A stretch of DNA of 64,000 nt from an uncultured delta proteobacterium (GTDB taxonomy: Bacteria; Myxococcota; Myxococcia; Myxococcales; 40CM-4-68-19), in contig CAIWCD010000014.1 in NCBI GenBank assembly GCA_903911145.1, positions 1 to 64,000 of the forward strand, read 5' to 3'. Below are positions 19,726-28,733 of this stretch, in pieces. The position numbers and the translations under genes are program-made. Position 1 is the first letter of the stretch. The number at the start of each line of letters is the position of its first letter. The notes below the pieces were generated by a model. The model searched no databases, was not told the origin of the DNA, and saw nothing but the letters and a program-made list of their open reading frames with translations.

Positions 19726-20046
19726 AGATCTTCGGTATCCGCCGATATCTGCCAGCGCGCGAGCGACACCTTCAATCTCTCTCCAGGCTCGATGGGATTT
19801 GCGCCAATGAGCGTTCAGCAGTGGTGGACGCAGCGTGGTTGCACGACGCGTCCGACTGGCCCGACCGGCTGCGACCGCGCCAGCGACTTCTATGGAATCC
19901 GGAATAACGTCAGCTGGGGAACCGCTCCGTTGGATGCCAAGAACTTCTGGATGGCGAACCATTGCGAAACCAATCCGGTGCGCGACGATACCTGCCAGAT
20001 CATCAGTGACGTCTATGGAACGTACGTCAACTGTCTGCGAGACTGA
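19726..20046 (+). pseudogene. Gene fragment with tandem Cys/Trp repeats
   Basis: 'CQRASDTF..SMGFAP..VQQWW...C.T.P', 'CDRASDFYG..SWGTAP...NFW...C.T.P' and a partial third copy; no start codon before the first repeat. Confidence 0.45.
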
Positions 20047-20050
20047 ATCG

Positions 20051-21004
20051 ATGAACGCTCGCACGGCGCTGCTCGTCGCTCTCTCTGTCGCTGGCTGCAG
20101 CGCCGCGAGGGAGATCGCTGGCGCGGATCGGGTCCCCGCGCGCGAACGGCTGGCGGTTGGCGTGGTCACCACGCTCGACGAAGAGCTCTTCTCGCGCGAT
20201 CGCATCCACGATGGTCTGGTCGATCCCGTCGACGCGCCCAGGCCCGTGGGCTTCGGGATCTTCTTTTTGCAGCCTTACGATCCGCGCAAGATCCCAGTGC
20301 TCTTCGTTCACGGAATCTCTGCCTCGCCGCTCGATTTTCGCGACGCACTCCCCGCGCTGGACCTGGAGCGATACCAGCCCTGGGTGATGAGCTATCCGTC
20401 GGGAATGCGATTGGCCGTCGTGGCGGAGGTGCTTTCGGAGCAGCTGGTCGAACTGCACGAGCGGCTCCACTCGCGGCCCGTCGTCGTGGTCGCCCACAGC
20501 ATGGGAGGACTCGTTTCGCGTGCGGCGATCCTCCGACTTTCCCGCGAAGGGCGCGCCGACCTCGTCCAGAAATTCATCTCCATCTCGACGCCGTATGGTG
20601 GCCAGCCCACCGCCGCGCTCGGCGTGCGCCACGCGCGGCAGCCGGTGCCCGCCTGGACCGACCTCTCCCCGGGGAGCGACTTCCTGCGCGACCTTGAGTC
20701 GCCGCTGCCGCCGACGCTGCCGTTCTATCTGATTTTCAGCTACGGCTCGCACGGCTACGACGAGCATGGCGACAACCGTCACTTCTGGGACCTCGCCCGC
20801 TGGTTCAGCGTCTCGCTCTTCGCGGGGAGCAATGACTCCAGCGTTACGCTCTCCACGCAGCTCGCCCTCTACGCGCAGCGCGGCGCCACGCAGACGATGG
20901 GCTTCGACGTCGACCACGTGTCGATTCTCTCTCTCCCCGATGCACTGGAGTGCGTGGCGGGCCTGCTCGACCGCCACGCCACGCAGGCATCCGCGCTGCG
21001 GTGA
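20051..21004 (+). CDS. Alpha/beta hydrolase lipoprotein (esterase/lipase, PGAP1-like)
   Basis: Lipobox VAGC; 'PVLFVHGI', nucleophile elbow AHSMGG, 'ISTPYGG', C-terminal DH. Confidence 0.85.
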   Translation: MNARTALLVALSVAGCSAAREIAGADRVPARERLAVGVVTTLDEELFSRDRIHDGLVDPVDAPRPVGFGIFFLQPYDPRKIPVLFVHGISASPLDFRDALPALDLERYQPWVMSYPSGMRLAVVAEVLSEQLVELHERLHSRPVVVVAHSMGGLVSRAAILRLSREGRADLVQKFISISTPYGGQPTAALGVRHARQPVPAWTDLSPGSDFLRDLESPLPPTLPFYLIFSYGSHGYDEHGDNRHFWDLARWFSVSLFAGSNDSSVTLSTQLALYAQRGATQTMGFDVDHVSILSLPDALECVAGLLDRHATQASALR

Positions 21005-21047
21005 CAACGACAGTCCGCTCGAAGCAGCGCAGGATTCAGGAGTACCG

Positions 21048-21437
21048 ATGCACCTCGATATCGTGTCCGAGTTCCAGCCCAGCGACGTCTTCTTCGTCGA
21101 CGGCACCGTGCGCGTAAAGGTGTTGGATTCGATGCGTGCGGCCATCGACAACACGCCCTACGAGCCGTCAACCGCGCGGCTCGACTTCGAGGCGTGGCTC
21201 TGCGGGCGGCGGCCGCGCCTCTGGGTGGCGGTGCGCGAGAGCTCCCGCACCAGCTGGATCGATGGTCGGCCAGAGACGTCGCAACTCACCGAGAGACTGT
21301 TCTCGAGCCACGACGGCGGCCGCACCTGGACGGAGCTCGAGTGGTGGCGGCGCATGATGAAGGATTTCGTGCCGCCGCCGGAATGGCCTGAATCCCTCGA
21401 TGCGCTGCCGCGCGTGCGTATACCGCGAGGCGATTAA
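21048..21437 (+). CDS. Hypothetical protein
   Basis: AGGAG RBS; contains one Asp-box-like 'SHDGGRTW'. Confidence 0.55.
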   Translation: MHLDIVSEFQPSDVFFVDGTVRVKVLDSMRAAIDNTPYEPSTARLDFEAWLCGRRPRLWVAVRESSRTSWIDGRPETSQLTERLFSSHDGGRTWTELEWWRRMMKDFVPPPEWPESLDALPRVRIPRGD

Positions 21438-22159
21438 CCCGGCTGGACCAGTCCGAAGCGGTTCTCGTCGGGGTCGAGAAACAGCGCGAACAGGCCACCA
21501 TCTCCAAGAGTCTGAGGCTCGCCGAGAAGCTGTCCACCCGCCTTCACCACGGCCGCACACGCAGCATGGATATCGGCCACAGTGATGTAGTCGGTCATCC
21601 CTCGCAGCTTCCCGCCGCGCTCGCCGCCGACGAGACCGACGCCGGGCTTGATCGCTGTGCAGACGCCGTAATCCGTCATTCCATCGACGGCACTGAAGGT
21701 CCAACCCACGAGCGAGCCGTAATATCTCTCGGCAGCGGCGTAGTCCGCGGCTCCCAACTCGATCCATGCAAGTGGGTTGCGACCAGAGCCCGTAAACTCC
21801 GGCTCTCCGGGCGTGAACGCCTGCCAGAATGCCAACTCGTTCCTCCACGGATCAAGTGAGTCGGTCCAGGCGCCCACCTCGGGCACCTCGGACCGCTCGA
21901 CCGCGACCTTCCCTCCGAGCGCCACCGCCCGGGCAGCGTCCGCTTCACAATCGACCGACTTCACGTAATGGCACACGCCCAGTGGCATACCGGAATCGCC
22001 CACCGCCCACAGGCAGGCGACCGGCGCGCGACCCGTATCGATCATCGCGTAGTCCGCCGATACCGCCGTGATCTGCCAGTCGAACACGCTGCTGAAGAAG
22101 CGGATCGAACGCTCAAGATCGTCTACCCGCACTTCGACCTGCCAGATGTTGCGGAACAT
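21434..22159 (-). CDS. VOC family (glyoxalase/bleomycin resistance) protein, two domains
   Basis: 'DDLERSIRFFSSVFDW', 'AAERYYGSLVGW', 'FLDPDENRFGL'; AAGGAG RBS. Confidence 0.9.
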   Translation of the reverse strand: MFRNIWQVEVRVDDLERSIRFFSSVFDWQITAVSADYAMIDTGRAPVACLWAVGDSGMPLGVCHYVKSVDCEADAARAVALGGKVAVERSEVPEVGAWTDSLDPWRNELAFWQAFTPGEPEFTGSGRNPLAWIELGAADYAAAERYYGSLVGWTFSAVDGMTDYGVCTAIKPGVGLVGGERGGKLRGMTDYITVADIHAACAAVVKAGGQLLGEPQTLGDGGLFALFLDPDENRFGLVQPG

Positions 22160-22214
22160 GGACGACTCCTTGAAGCGCTGCAGCGGGAAGATCGGAGGCT
22201 ATCAACCGAAGCCG

Positions 22215-22790
22215 TTATTCGAACTCATTGCTATTGCAATGTTTGACTGCCGGCTTCTTTGATTCGGGACTCAGCACCCAGGTGTCGGTGCCGGTCGCCA
22301 GCAGGTACGTCGCGCGCTGTTCGCAACCGCAAACGTCGATCTTACCCGCTTGCGTCGACTGGATCTGGGCAATCTTTCCAGCGCAGTTGAATGCGGCTTC
22401 CGCCTGGATCCGGATCTGGTCAAATGCGCGCTCCTGCCTCTTCTCGTCTTCGGTCGGAGCAAATTCGTCCATTCCACAGTTGCCCGCCTTCTTCGAGTTG
22501 GGACTGAGTTCCCAGGTATCCGATCCGGGAGTGACCAGGTAGACCGCTCGTTGGTCGCAGCCGCAGACCTCCACCTTCGTCAACGCCGCGCTACCGGCCT
22601 CGACCTTCATCTTGAATCCCAACTTCTTTTCCGGATCCTGGCAGTTCATCGCAACCCGAGCCTTGATCTTGATCTGGTCGAGCGAGCGGTTGAACGAGTC
22701 TGTGTCTGCCGCGGGCGCAGGCGCCTTCTGGCTCGACTCGGTGGCGGCACAGCCTGCTGCGAGCAACAACGCGAGGGCGGCAGATCTCAA
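22215..22790 (-). CDS. Lipoprotein with internal tandem duplication
   Basis: TTG after GGAGA; lipobox AAGC; two copies of 'DQI.I.A..A.NC...VCGC.QRA.YL..G.DTW.LSP.SKK'. Confidence 0.7.
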   Translation of the reverse strand: MRSAALALLLAAGCAATESSQKAPAPAADTDSFNRSLDQIKIKARVAMNCQDPEKKLGFKMKVEAGSAALTKVEVCGCDQRAVYLVTPGSDTWELSPNSKKAGNCGMDEFAPTEDEKRQERAFDQIRIQAEAAFNCAGKIAQIQSTQAGKIDVCGCEQRATYLLATGTDTWVLSPESKKPAVKHCNSNEFE

Positions 22791-23046
22791 GAGTGTCTCC
22801 GGTTGAACAGGGGAAAAAGGAATATAGCGATTTCTGCGCGCCGTACGCGACGAGTCCTGCTCCATGTCAGCTCGCACTTCATGCCAAGCGCGAAAGGGCC
22901 AGCGAATCGGCCGCGACTTTGCGCATGCGCATTTCAATGCGCACTCCGCGGCGACGCTAAGCCCGCGATATGCGTCGCCCCGCGAATTGGCATGCCGCTC
23001 GCTCATTGATCCGGGCAGCAGCGCCAACCCGATCAAGGAGTGCTCG

Positions 23047-23343
23047 ATGCCCCGGATGGGTCCCGATGTGCAGCAGCCTCACAGCGCCGCCTGGATTGCG
23101 CAGGTCTGGATCTCCTTCGTCCTCTCCTTCGGCACCACACTGGTCGGCGTCTACGCGATGCCTGGCGATATCTGGATCAAGGGTTTCATGGCGATGGGAC
23201 TGGTCTTCACGGTCGGTTCGTCGATCAGTCTCTCGAAGACGCTGCGCGATCAGCACGAATCGCAGAGGCTCTCGGCCCGCATTGACGACGCGCGCGTGAG
23301 CAAGCTGATCTCAGAGCATGACCCGCTGGCAGCAGGGCTCTAG
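23047..23343 (+). CDS. YiaA/YiaB family inner membrane protein
   Basis: 'W.KGFMAMG..F...S.ISLSKTLRD.HE'; AAGGAG RBS. Confidence 0.85.
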   Translation: MPRMGPDVQQPHSAAWIAQVWISFVLSFGTTLVGVYAMPGDIWIKGFMAMGLVFTVGSSISLSKTLRDQHESQRLSARIDDARVSKLISEHDPLAAGL

Positions 23344-23452
23344 CGCGACGAGAGCAGCGTGGATGGAATGCGATTGGCGCGGACCTGAAACGCCGACTCG
23401 TCTTCCCTTCGTGCAACGCCGAAACGCAGCATGAACTTCGACGCATCGGGTC

Positions 23453-23530
23453 TCTGAGATCTCAGACGACTGCCGGGGAGTGTCACAAGAAGCCGTCTCA
23501 TCGATCTCAGTCTGAGATCTGACTCAGAGA
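23453..23530. promoter_or_regulatory. Cluster of CTGAGAT/ATCTCAG palindromes
   Basis: Perfect palindrome TCTGAGATCTCAGA (23453-23466) and GATCTCAG-T-CTGAGATC (23503-23519) in an intergenic region. Confidence 0.45.
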
Positions 23531-23652
23531 GGTTGGTGACCAGACGGCACGGGTAGACTGATTTCTGGTCTTCCCGTCTGCGCCAGTCGCGGTTACTCTC
23601 TTCGCCTCGGTGGCGTTGCTCGATAACGCCCCGGCGAGGAGGCGTGTTGTCG

Positions 23653-25023
23653 ATGAACTGTCTGCAGCGTGAGGGGCTCGTAGCTACGGCGTTGGTGGCA
23701 TTTCTGATGTCGGGCTGCGCAGGCCCTTCGCACACTCCTGCCGACGCTGGGCCAGATGGTGGTGATGCTGGTTCATCGTCTGACGCCGGCCCATCTGATG
23801 CCGGTACAGACGGCGGCACCGACGGCGGTTCGAATCCGTACGCAGATCCGATGGTGCGGGACTTCGGACTCTTTGCCCAGACTCTCGCCTATGACGTTCC
23901 CGCGTGTCCGGTTGGAACGGATTTGTTGACCACGCCGATGGAGGATCTCGCAAAGCTCGTCGCCATCAGCCCGATGGGTGGATTGAATCCGACGGGCGGT
24001 CACGTCTTTCCAGTGACCCACCAGTATGTGACCACCACCAATACGAGCAGCACCAATCCCTCCCAGGCGGATTCCGTTGATCTCAAAGCGCCGGTGCGAA
24101 TGAAGCTCCTTGGAATCCAGAGCGATCACTACGTGTCCGGATCGTTTACGCGCGATGATTTCTTCCTCTCCTTTTTTGTCTGTAACCGAGTTGCGATCTA
24201 TCTGGGCCACGTCGGTGCTTTGTCTGCCTCGTTCGCAGCGAAAGTTGGTTCATTGACTGCGAACTGCTCCACCGATTCCCACTCTCCAGGATCGAGCGAC
24301 ACAGTCTGTGGTGGCAATCCGGATGAAGTCTGGGTCGACGCTGGCGAACTCATCGGCCAGCACCACGGCGACGAGACAGCGATGTTCGACTACCGGATCG
24401 TTCCGCTCACTCTTCCTGATCCGATCTGGAACGTGAATTACTATTCAGTGTCTACCTACGATTACTATCCAGACCCGCTGCGATCTTCCTATCTGTCTCT
24501 GGTTGCGACCTTCCCGATGGAGATCAATCACCCCCTTCTCGACAACCCGATTCCGCGCACCGCCCAACCCAGGGAGGGAATGTTCATCTTCGAGGTTTCC
24601 GGGAAGGCGAAAGGAAACTGGGTGCGCGCCAACGGTACCTACTATCCAGATGCGAATAACGCCGCGTTGGTGCAGGACGCATCGGGAGATGGCTCGTTTC
24701 AGGATTTCTCCATCGGGCCTTCATTCAATCCCGCCGAGGCGCAGGGCGTCTATTCCTTCACTCCGGTTGCAACCGGAACGCACAACACCGACTTCGCGCT
24801 GGTCGGTGCCGATGGCAATACCTATTGCTATGATGGATTCACTGCCCTGAATCACCCTCCGCTCTGGATGACTCCCCAGTTCGGCGGTTCTGGAACTCCG
24901 TATATCATCCTGGTGTCGATGCCGACCTCCACGACACTGCAGATGGAGGTCCGCCAGGCGCAGTCCTGCGGCGCGGCGCCATATTCACTCCAGCAGGCGC
25001 ATATCGTCTCGTTCGTGAAATAG
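23653..25023 (+). CDS. Uncharacterised lipoprotein
   Basis: GAGGAGG RBS; lipobox MSGC; myxobacterial DAG/DGG linker; 'GHVFPVTHQY' globular domain. Confidence 0.75.
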   Translation: MNCLQREGLVATALVAFLMSGCAGPSHTPADAGPDGGDAGSSSDAGPSDAGTDGGTDGGSNPYADPMVRDFGLFAQTLAYDVPACPVGTDLLTTPMEDLAKLVAISPMGGLNPTGGHVFPVTHQYVTTTNTSSTNPSQADSVDLKAPVRMKLLGIQSDHYVSGSFTRDDFFLSFFVCNRVAIYLGHVGALSASFAAKVGSLTANCSTDSHSPGSSDTVCGGNPDEVWVDAGELIGQHHGDETAMFDYRIVPLTLPDPIWNVNYYSVSTYDYYPDPLRSSYLSLVATFPMEINHPLLDNPIPRTAQPREGMFIFEVSGKAKGNWVRANGTYYPDANNAALVQDASGDGSFQDFSIGPSFNPAEAQGVYSFTPVATGTHNTDFALVGADGNTYCYDGFTALNHPPLWMTPQFGGSGTPYIILVSMPTSTTLQMEVRQAQSCGAAPYSLQQAHIVSFVK

Positions 25024-25129
25024 GACGGTAAGGGGCGAACGAAGGGCACGACCTGATGAGCGGCCTGTGCCGTCGATGGCGCCGCCGTCCTTGCGCGCAG
25101 CTGGATGCGAGAGTGTCTAATCGCGCGCG

Positions 25130-26797
25130 TTAACCGATCGCTGCCGGTTCGACGTTGTCGACCGGGCCTGCATTGCGTGCGCGCAGGACATCCGAGAGCG
25201 AGATGATGCCGACCAGTTGGTTGGTCGCGGGGTCGACAATCGGAATGTAATCATAAGGGCCGGCCAATAACGCGCTCTCAGCCTCGGCAAGACTCTGGTT
25301 TGGCCCGAGGGTTGGGGCGTTGATATCGAACACGTCGGCCACGCGCGAGGTCTTCCACTCAGCCATCGGAATGGTACGCAGGTGCTGCATTCCAATCATC
25401 CCCTTGAAGCCCTGGTTGGAATCGACGACGGGCAGCGCCTTGAAGTGATGCTCCAGCAGCGTCGTGCGGGCGAACTCTTCGAGTGTCTGTGCAGGAAACG
25501 CGGCGACGAGCTGCGTGCTCATGACGACGCGGATTGGAATGGTCGCGAGCTGTTCGTCCAGTCCCTCGCGCCGCGTCTTCTGCGAGCGGGAATTGGAAAC
25601 GCCCGCGGCGACGACGTAGGCAAACGTCGAGGCGATCAGTGCTGGCGCGGCAAGAAAAACGCTGCCTGTTGATTCGGCGATGAAGACTGCGGCGAAGAGA
25701 ATGCTGCTGTAGCTCGCGCCGGAGAATGCGGCGATTCCAAGAAGGGTATAGAGGCCGGGATGGCTGGGGGCGAGCAGGGCATCCCAGCAGGCCCCGAGCG
25801 CCGCGCCGATCGTCGCCGTGGGAACAAAGAGGCCGCCCACGCCGCCTGCGCCAAAGGTAATCGAGGTTGCCAATAGCTTGAGTGCGAAGATGGCCAGGCA
25901 CATCAAGAGCGCATACTTGCCATTCAACAGATCGTTGGCGACCGGAAGTCCCGATTGAAGCGTAACGGGCTTGCCGACGACGCAATAGGCGATCCATGCA
26001 ATGCCTGCGAGCAGCACGCCTCCCGCGAATGTGCGCGCCCAGATCGGTAAGCGGAGTCCGTTGAATCGCTCCCGCAAGCGGGCGAGCGTCCAGAGAAAGA
26101 GGTTCGACGCAAGGCCCGCGGAGATGCCGAGCGGGACTGCGATCAGCAGATCGCGGGATACCAGCGTGTAATGGAAGGTAATCGGGAAGTATGGAGTTGC
26201 CGGGCGCAGGCGGGTGAAGGTCCAGAACGACGTGGCGGCCGCGACCAGCGAGGAGAGCAGGGCATCGCGGGCGATATCCTGCTTATAGGGAGATTCGACT
26301 CCCATGATTGCGCCCGAGAGCGGTGCACGGAAGATCGCCGCGATTCCTGCGGAGCCTCCTGTCAGCAGCGCGCTGCGCACGTCCCACTGCACAGACCGGA
26401 TGCCGAGCTTGTTGAGCCCGCGCTGCATCAAGCTGCCGATGGTTGCTCCGAGCCATTTGCTTGCGCCCTCCATTCCTGCGCTCGCGCCAAGCCCCATGGT
26501 TGCGATCGAGGCAGCGAGTTTCGCTCCAGCGGCCTCGGTCGGCATCGCGCCGCTCGGGTGGTGATACGCGCCGACCACCTCATCCGCCATGGATGACGAG
26601 CGCACGCGAAAGAGCTGCAGCAGCAGCCCGGCCAGCAGCATCGCGAGCGCAGGGGACGCGATCTGGATCTCGATCGGTTGCAGCAGCACGTGCGTCCAGA
26701 GCAGCTCGTTGACGACCCAGTCGTATGCGGCAATGGCGGCGCCGACGACGACTCCCATCGGGGCCGCGATGAGGATGAGCGTGCGCGCGCTGTCCAT
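25130..26797 (-). CDS. ClC family chloride channel/transporter with C-terminal CBS pair
   Basis: 'GASAGMEG', 'AGIAAIFRAPLSG', 'GGVGGLFVP', followed by two CBS motifs. Confidence 0.9.
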   Translation of the reverse strand: MDSARTLILIAAPMGVVVGAAIAAYDWVVNELLWTHVLLQPIEIQIASPALAMLLAGLLLQLFRVRSSSMADEVVGAYHHPSGAMPTEAAGAKLAASIATMGLGASAGMEGASKWLGATIGSLMQRGLNKLGIRSVQWDVRSALLTGGSAGIAAIFRAPLSGAIMGVESPYKQDIARDALLSSLVAAATSFWTFTRLRPATPYFPITFHYTLVSRDLLIAVPLGISAGLASNLFLWTLARLRERFNGLRLPIWARTFAGGVLLAGIAWIAYCVVGKPVTLQSGLPVANDLLNGKYALLMCLAIFALKLLATSITFGAGGVGGLFVPTATIGAALGACWDALLAPSHPGLYTLLGIAAFSGASYSSILFAAVFIAESTGSVFLAAPALIASTFAYVVAAGVSNSRSQKTRREGLDEQLATIPIRVVMSTQLVAAFPAQTLEEFARTTLLEHHFKALPVVDSNQGFKGMIGMQHLRTIPMAEWKTSRVADVFDINAPTLGPNQSLAEAESALLAGPYDYIPIVDPATNQLVGIISLSDVLRARNAGPVDNVEPAAIG

Positions 26798-27044
26798 GCT
26801 CTCGCGGACGGAATTGCTCCGTGGAGTCACCTGGCCGTTGCTGAGGATTCTCGAGAGCAAGTCGTCACTCCTGGGCGGCCGGCGCAGCAAGAGCCAGCCC
26901 GACAAACGTGATGTCCCAGGAGTCATCAGCTCGCAGATTGGCGAGCGGTTGATGGCGAACTCCATCGCCGACGAACAACGCCAAGTTAATGCCCGCTTGC
27001 TGGTCGGTCAAGATTGGTGACCGGATGGTCGCGCCTGCTGTGTC

Positions 27045-28733
27045 TCAGCGAGTTCGCGCGAGGGAGGAACGCCGCCGCGCGTAAGCCTCTTCCGACCATC
27101 CCGGGAGCGTGCGCAGAGCGGCGAGATCGACGCAGGGCGATCGGCTCGCGAGCTGGCACAGCGCAGTCGCCTCTGCCGCGATCACCGGCAGCTCGCCTTT
27201 GAACGCGAGCGGCGACCGCAGCGCGCGGACGAGAAGATCGGCTCCGCGGCCAGCATCGCCCGACTGCGCGTGGAGTGTGCCCAGCAGGTAGTCGCGCCAG
27301 GGATCGTCGAGCGGCGCGGCCTCGAGGCGCTCGATCTTATCCGCGAGCAGCAGCGATGGATCCTGCGCGACCGCGCGCGAATAGAGAAAGGCGAGCTGCG
27401 GCTCGCTCTCTCCCGAGGCGATCAATCCCTCCGCCACCTCGCGCGCCTGTCTCAGTTCGCCCAGGCGAAGCAGCTCGCCACCGAAGCGGACCAGCGTCTG
27501 CGGACACGGCTCGACCTCGGCCGCGTGCTCCCAGAGCGCTGCGTCGCTGCGCCACGTGCGCGCTTGTCTCGCTGTGAGCGCCGCTGCGGGCAGAGAGAGC
27601 GCGAGCAGCGTGACGCCTCCGATGCGCATCGCGCGCGGTCCGGCATCGCGCAGCCGGGCGAGCAGCGCGGAGAAGATCCCGACCGCAGGCAGGAGAGCGT
27701 AGGTGTCCGAGACAAAGATGTTGGTCATCCGCAGCGTGACGAGCGCGAGCGGGAACGAGGCGAAGGCGAACGCCAGCCACACTTCGCGCGACGAGCGCCG
27801 CAAGAGCAGCCATGCGAGCAGCAGCAATGCGAAGAGGCCGACCAGATTCCAGACGCTGCCCGGCGAGTAGATCGGCGAGAGCGCAATCGGCGAAAGAAGG
27901 TTGAACGCAGTTCGACCCAGTGAAAGCAGGCGCTCACCTGCGCTCGCCTCGACGAGCTTGCTCGCCGCAAGCTGCGGATACAGCCGCGTGTAGTAGGCCG
28001 CATTGATGAACCCCGCGAGCGCAAACAGAGGCAGCAGCACGGCTGGCCAGCGGAGCAGCGCACGTCGCGACGGCGCGGGCGAAAGCAGCATCACCGCGAG
28101 CGCCGCCCAGAGGGGAAACAGCAGGCCGATTGGCTGCGAGAGCATCGCCAGCGCATAGAGTGCGCAGAAGGCCAGCGCGGATCTCGGCGCAGCGTTGCGT
28201 TCGTCGATCGCGCGGAGCAGAAGCAGCGCCGCGCCGAGGAGGAATGCAGCCGCGAGCAGATGCTTGCTCGCCGAGATCCAACCGACTGAACCCGCGAAGA
28301 TCGGATGGAGCGCGAAGAGAGGAAGCGCGAAGAGCGCGAGCCGCTCGCCAGCCGTGCGCGCGAAGAGTCGCCAAGCCAGCACGCAGATGCAGATCCAGAG
28401 CAGCAGATTGAAGGCGTGAAACAGGCCGTGACCACTCAGCGCAGAAGCGCGCAGACCCACGCCCAGCGCGAGATCGCGCACGGGCTGCACATCGAGGATG
28501 CGCCCCGTGCGCACCGCCTCGGGCCACGCAAGCGGTGATGAAAGGCCGCGCACGCCGCGCAGGAGCGTCTCGTCGTCGCGGCGCAGGATCGGATCGCTTG
28601 CGATCAGCGGGCCGTAGGCGAAGAGCAGCGCGCAGAGCGTTGCCAGACAGACCAGCGCGGCCGGCCAACGAGCGGTCGGGCTCGGCGGTGGACGCAGCTC
28701 GGGCTTTTGCTCACTCGGGGTTGAGCCAGACAT
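27045..28733 (-). CDS. TMTC-like GT-C membrane protein with TPR-like tail
   Basis: N-terminal TM followed by a DD motif, 'QPVRDL', 'FHAFNLLL', 'LFALHP...SVGWIS', 'W.SD.ALW', helical C-terminus. Confidence 0.7.
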   Translation of the reverse strand: MSGSTPSEQKPELRPPPSPTARWPAALVCLATLCALLFAYGPLIASDPILRRDDETLLRGVRGLSSPLAWPEAVRTGRILDVQPVRDLALGVGLRASALSGHGLFHAFNLLLWICICVLAWRLFARTAGERLALFALPLFALHPIFAGSVGWISASKHLLAAAFLLGAALLLLRAIDERNAAPRSALAFCALYALAMLSQPIGLLFPLWAALAVMLLSPAPSRRALLRWPAVLLPLFALAGFINAAYYTRLYPQLAASKLVEASAGERLLSLGRTAFNLLSPIALSPIYSPGSVWNLVGLFALLLLAWLLLRRSSREVWLAFAFASFPLALVTLRMTNIFVSDTYALLPAVGIFSALLARLRDAGPRAMRIGGVTLLALSLPAAALTARQARTWRSDAALWEHAAEVEPCPQTLVRFGGELLRLGELRQAREVAEGLIASGESEPQLAFLYSRAVAQDPSLLLADKIERLEAAPLDDPWRDYLLGTLHAQSGDAGRGADLLVRALRSPLAFKGELPVIAAEATALCQLASRSPCVDLAALRTLPGWSEEAYARRRSSLARTR

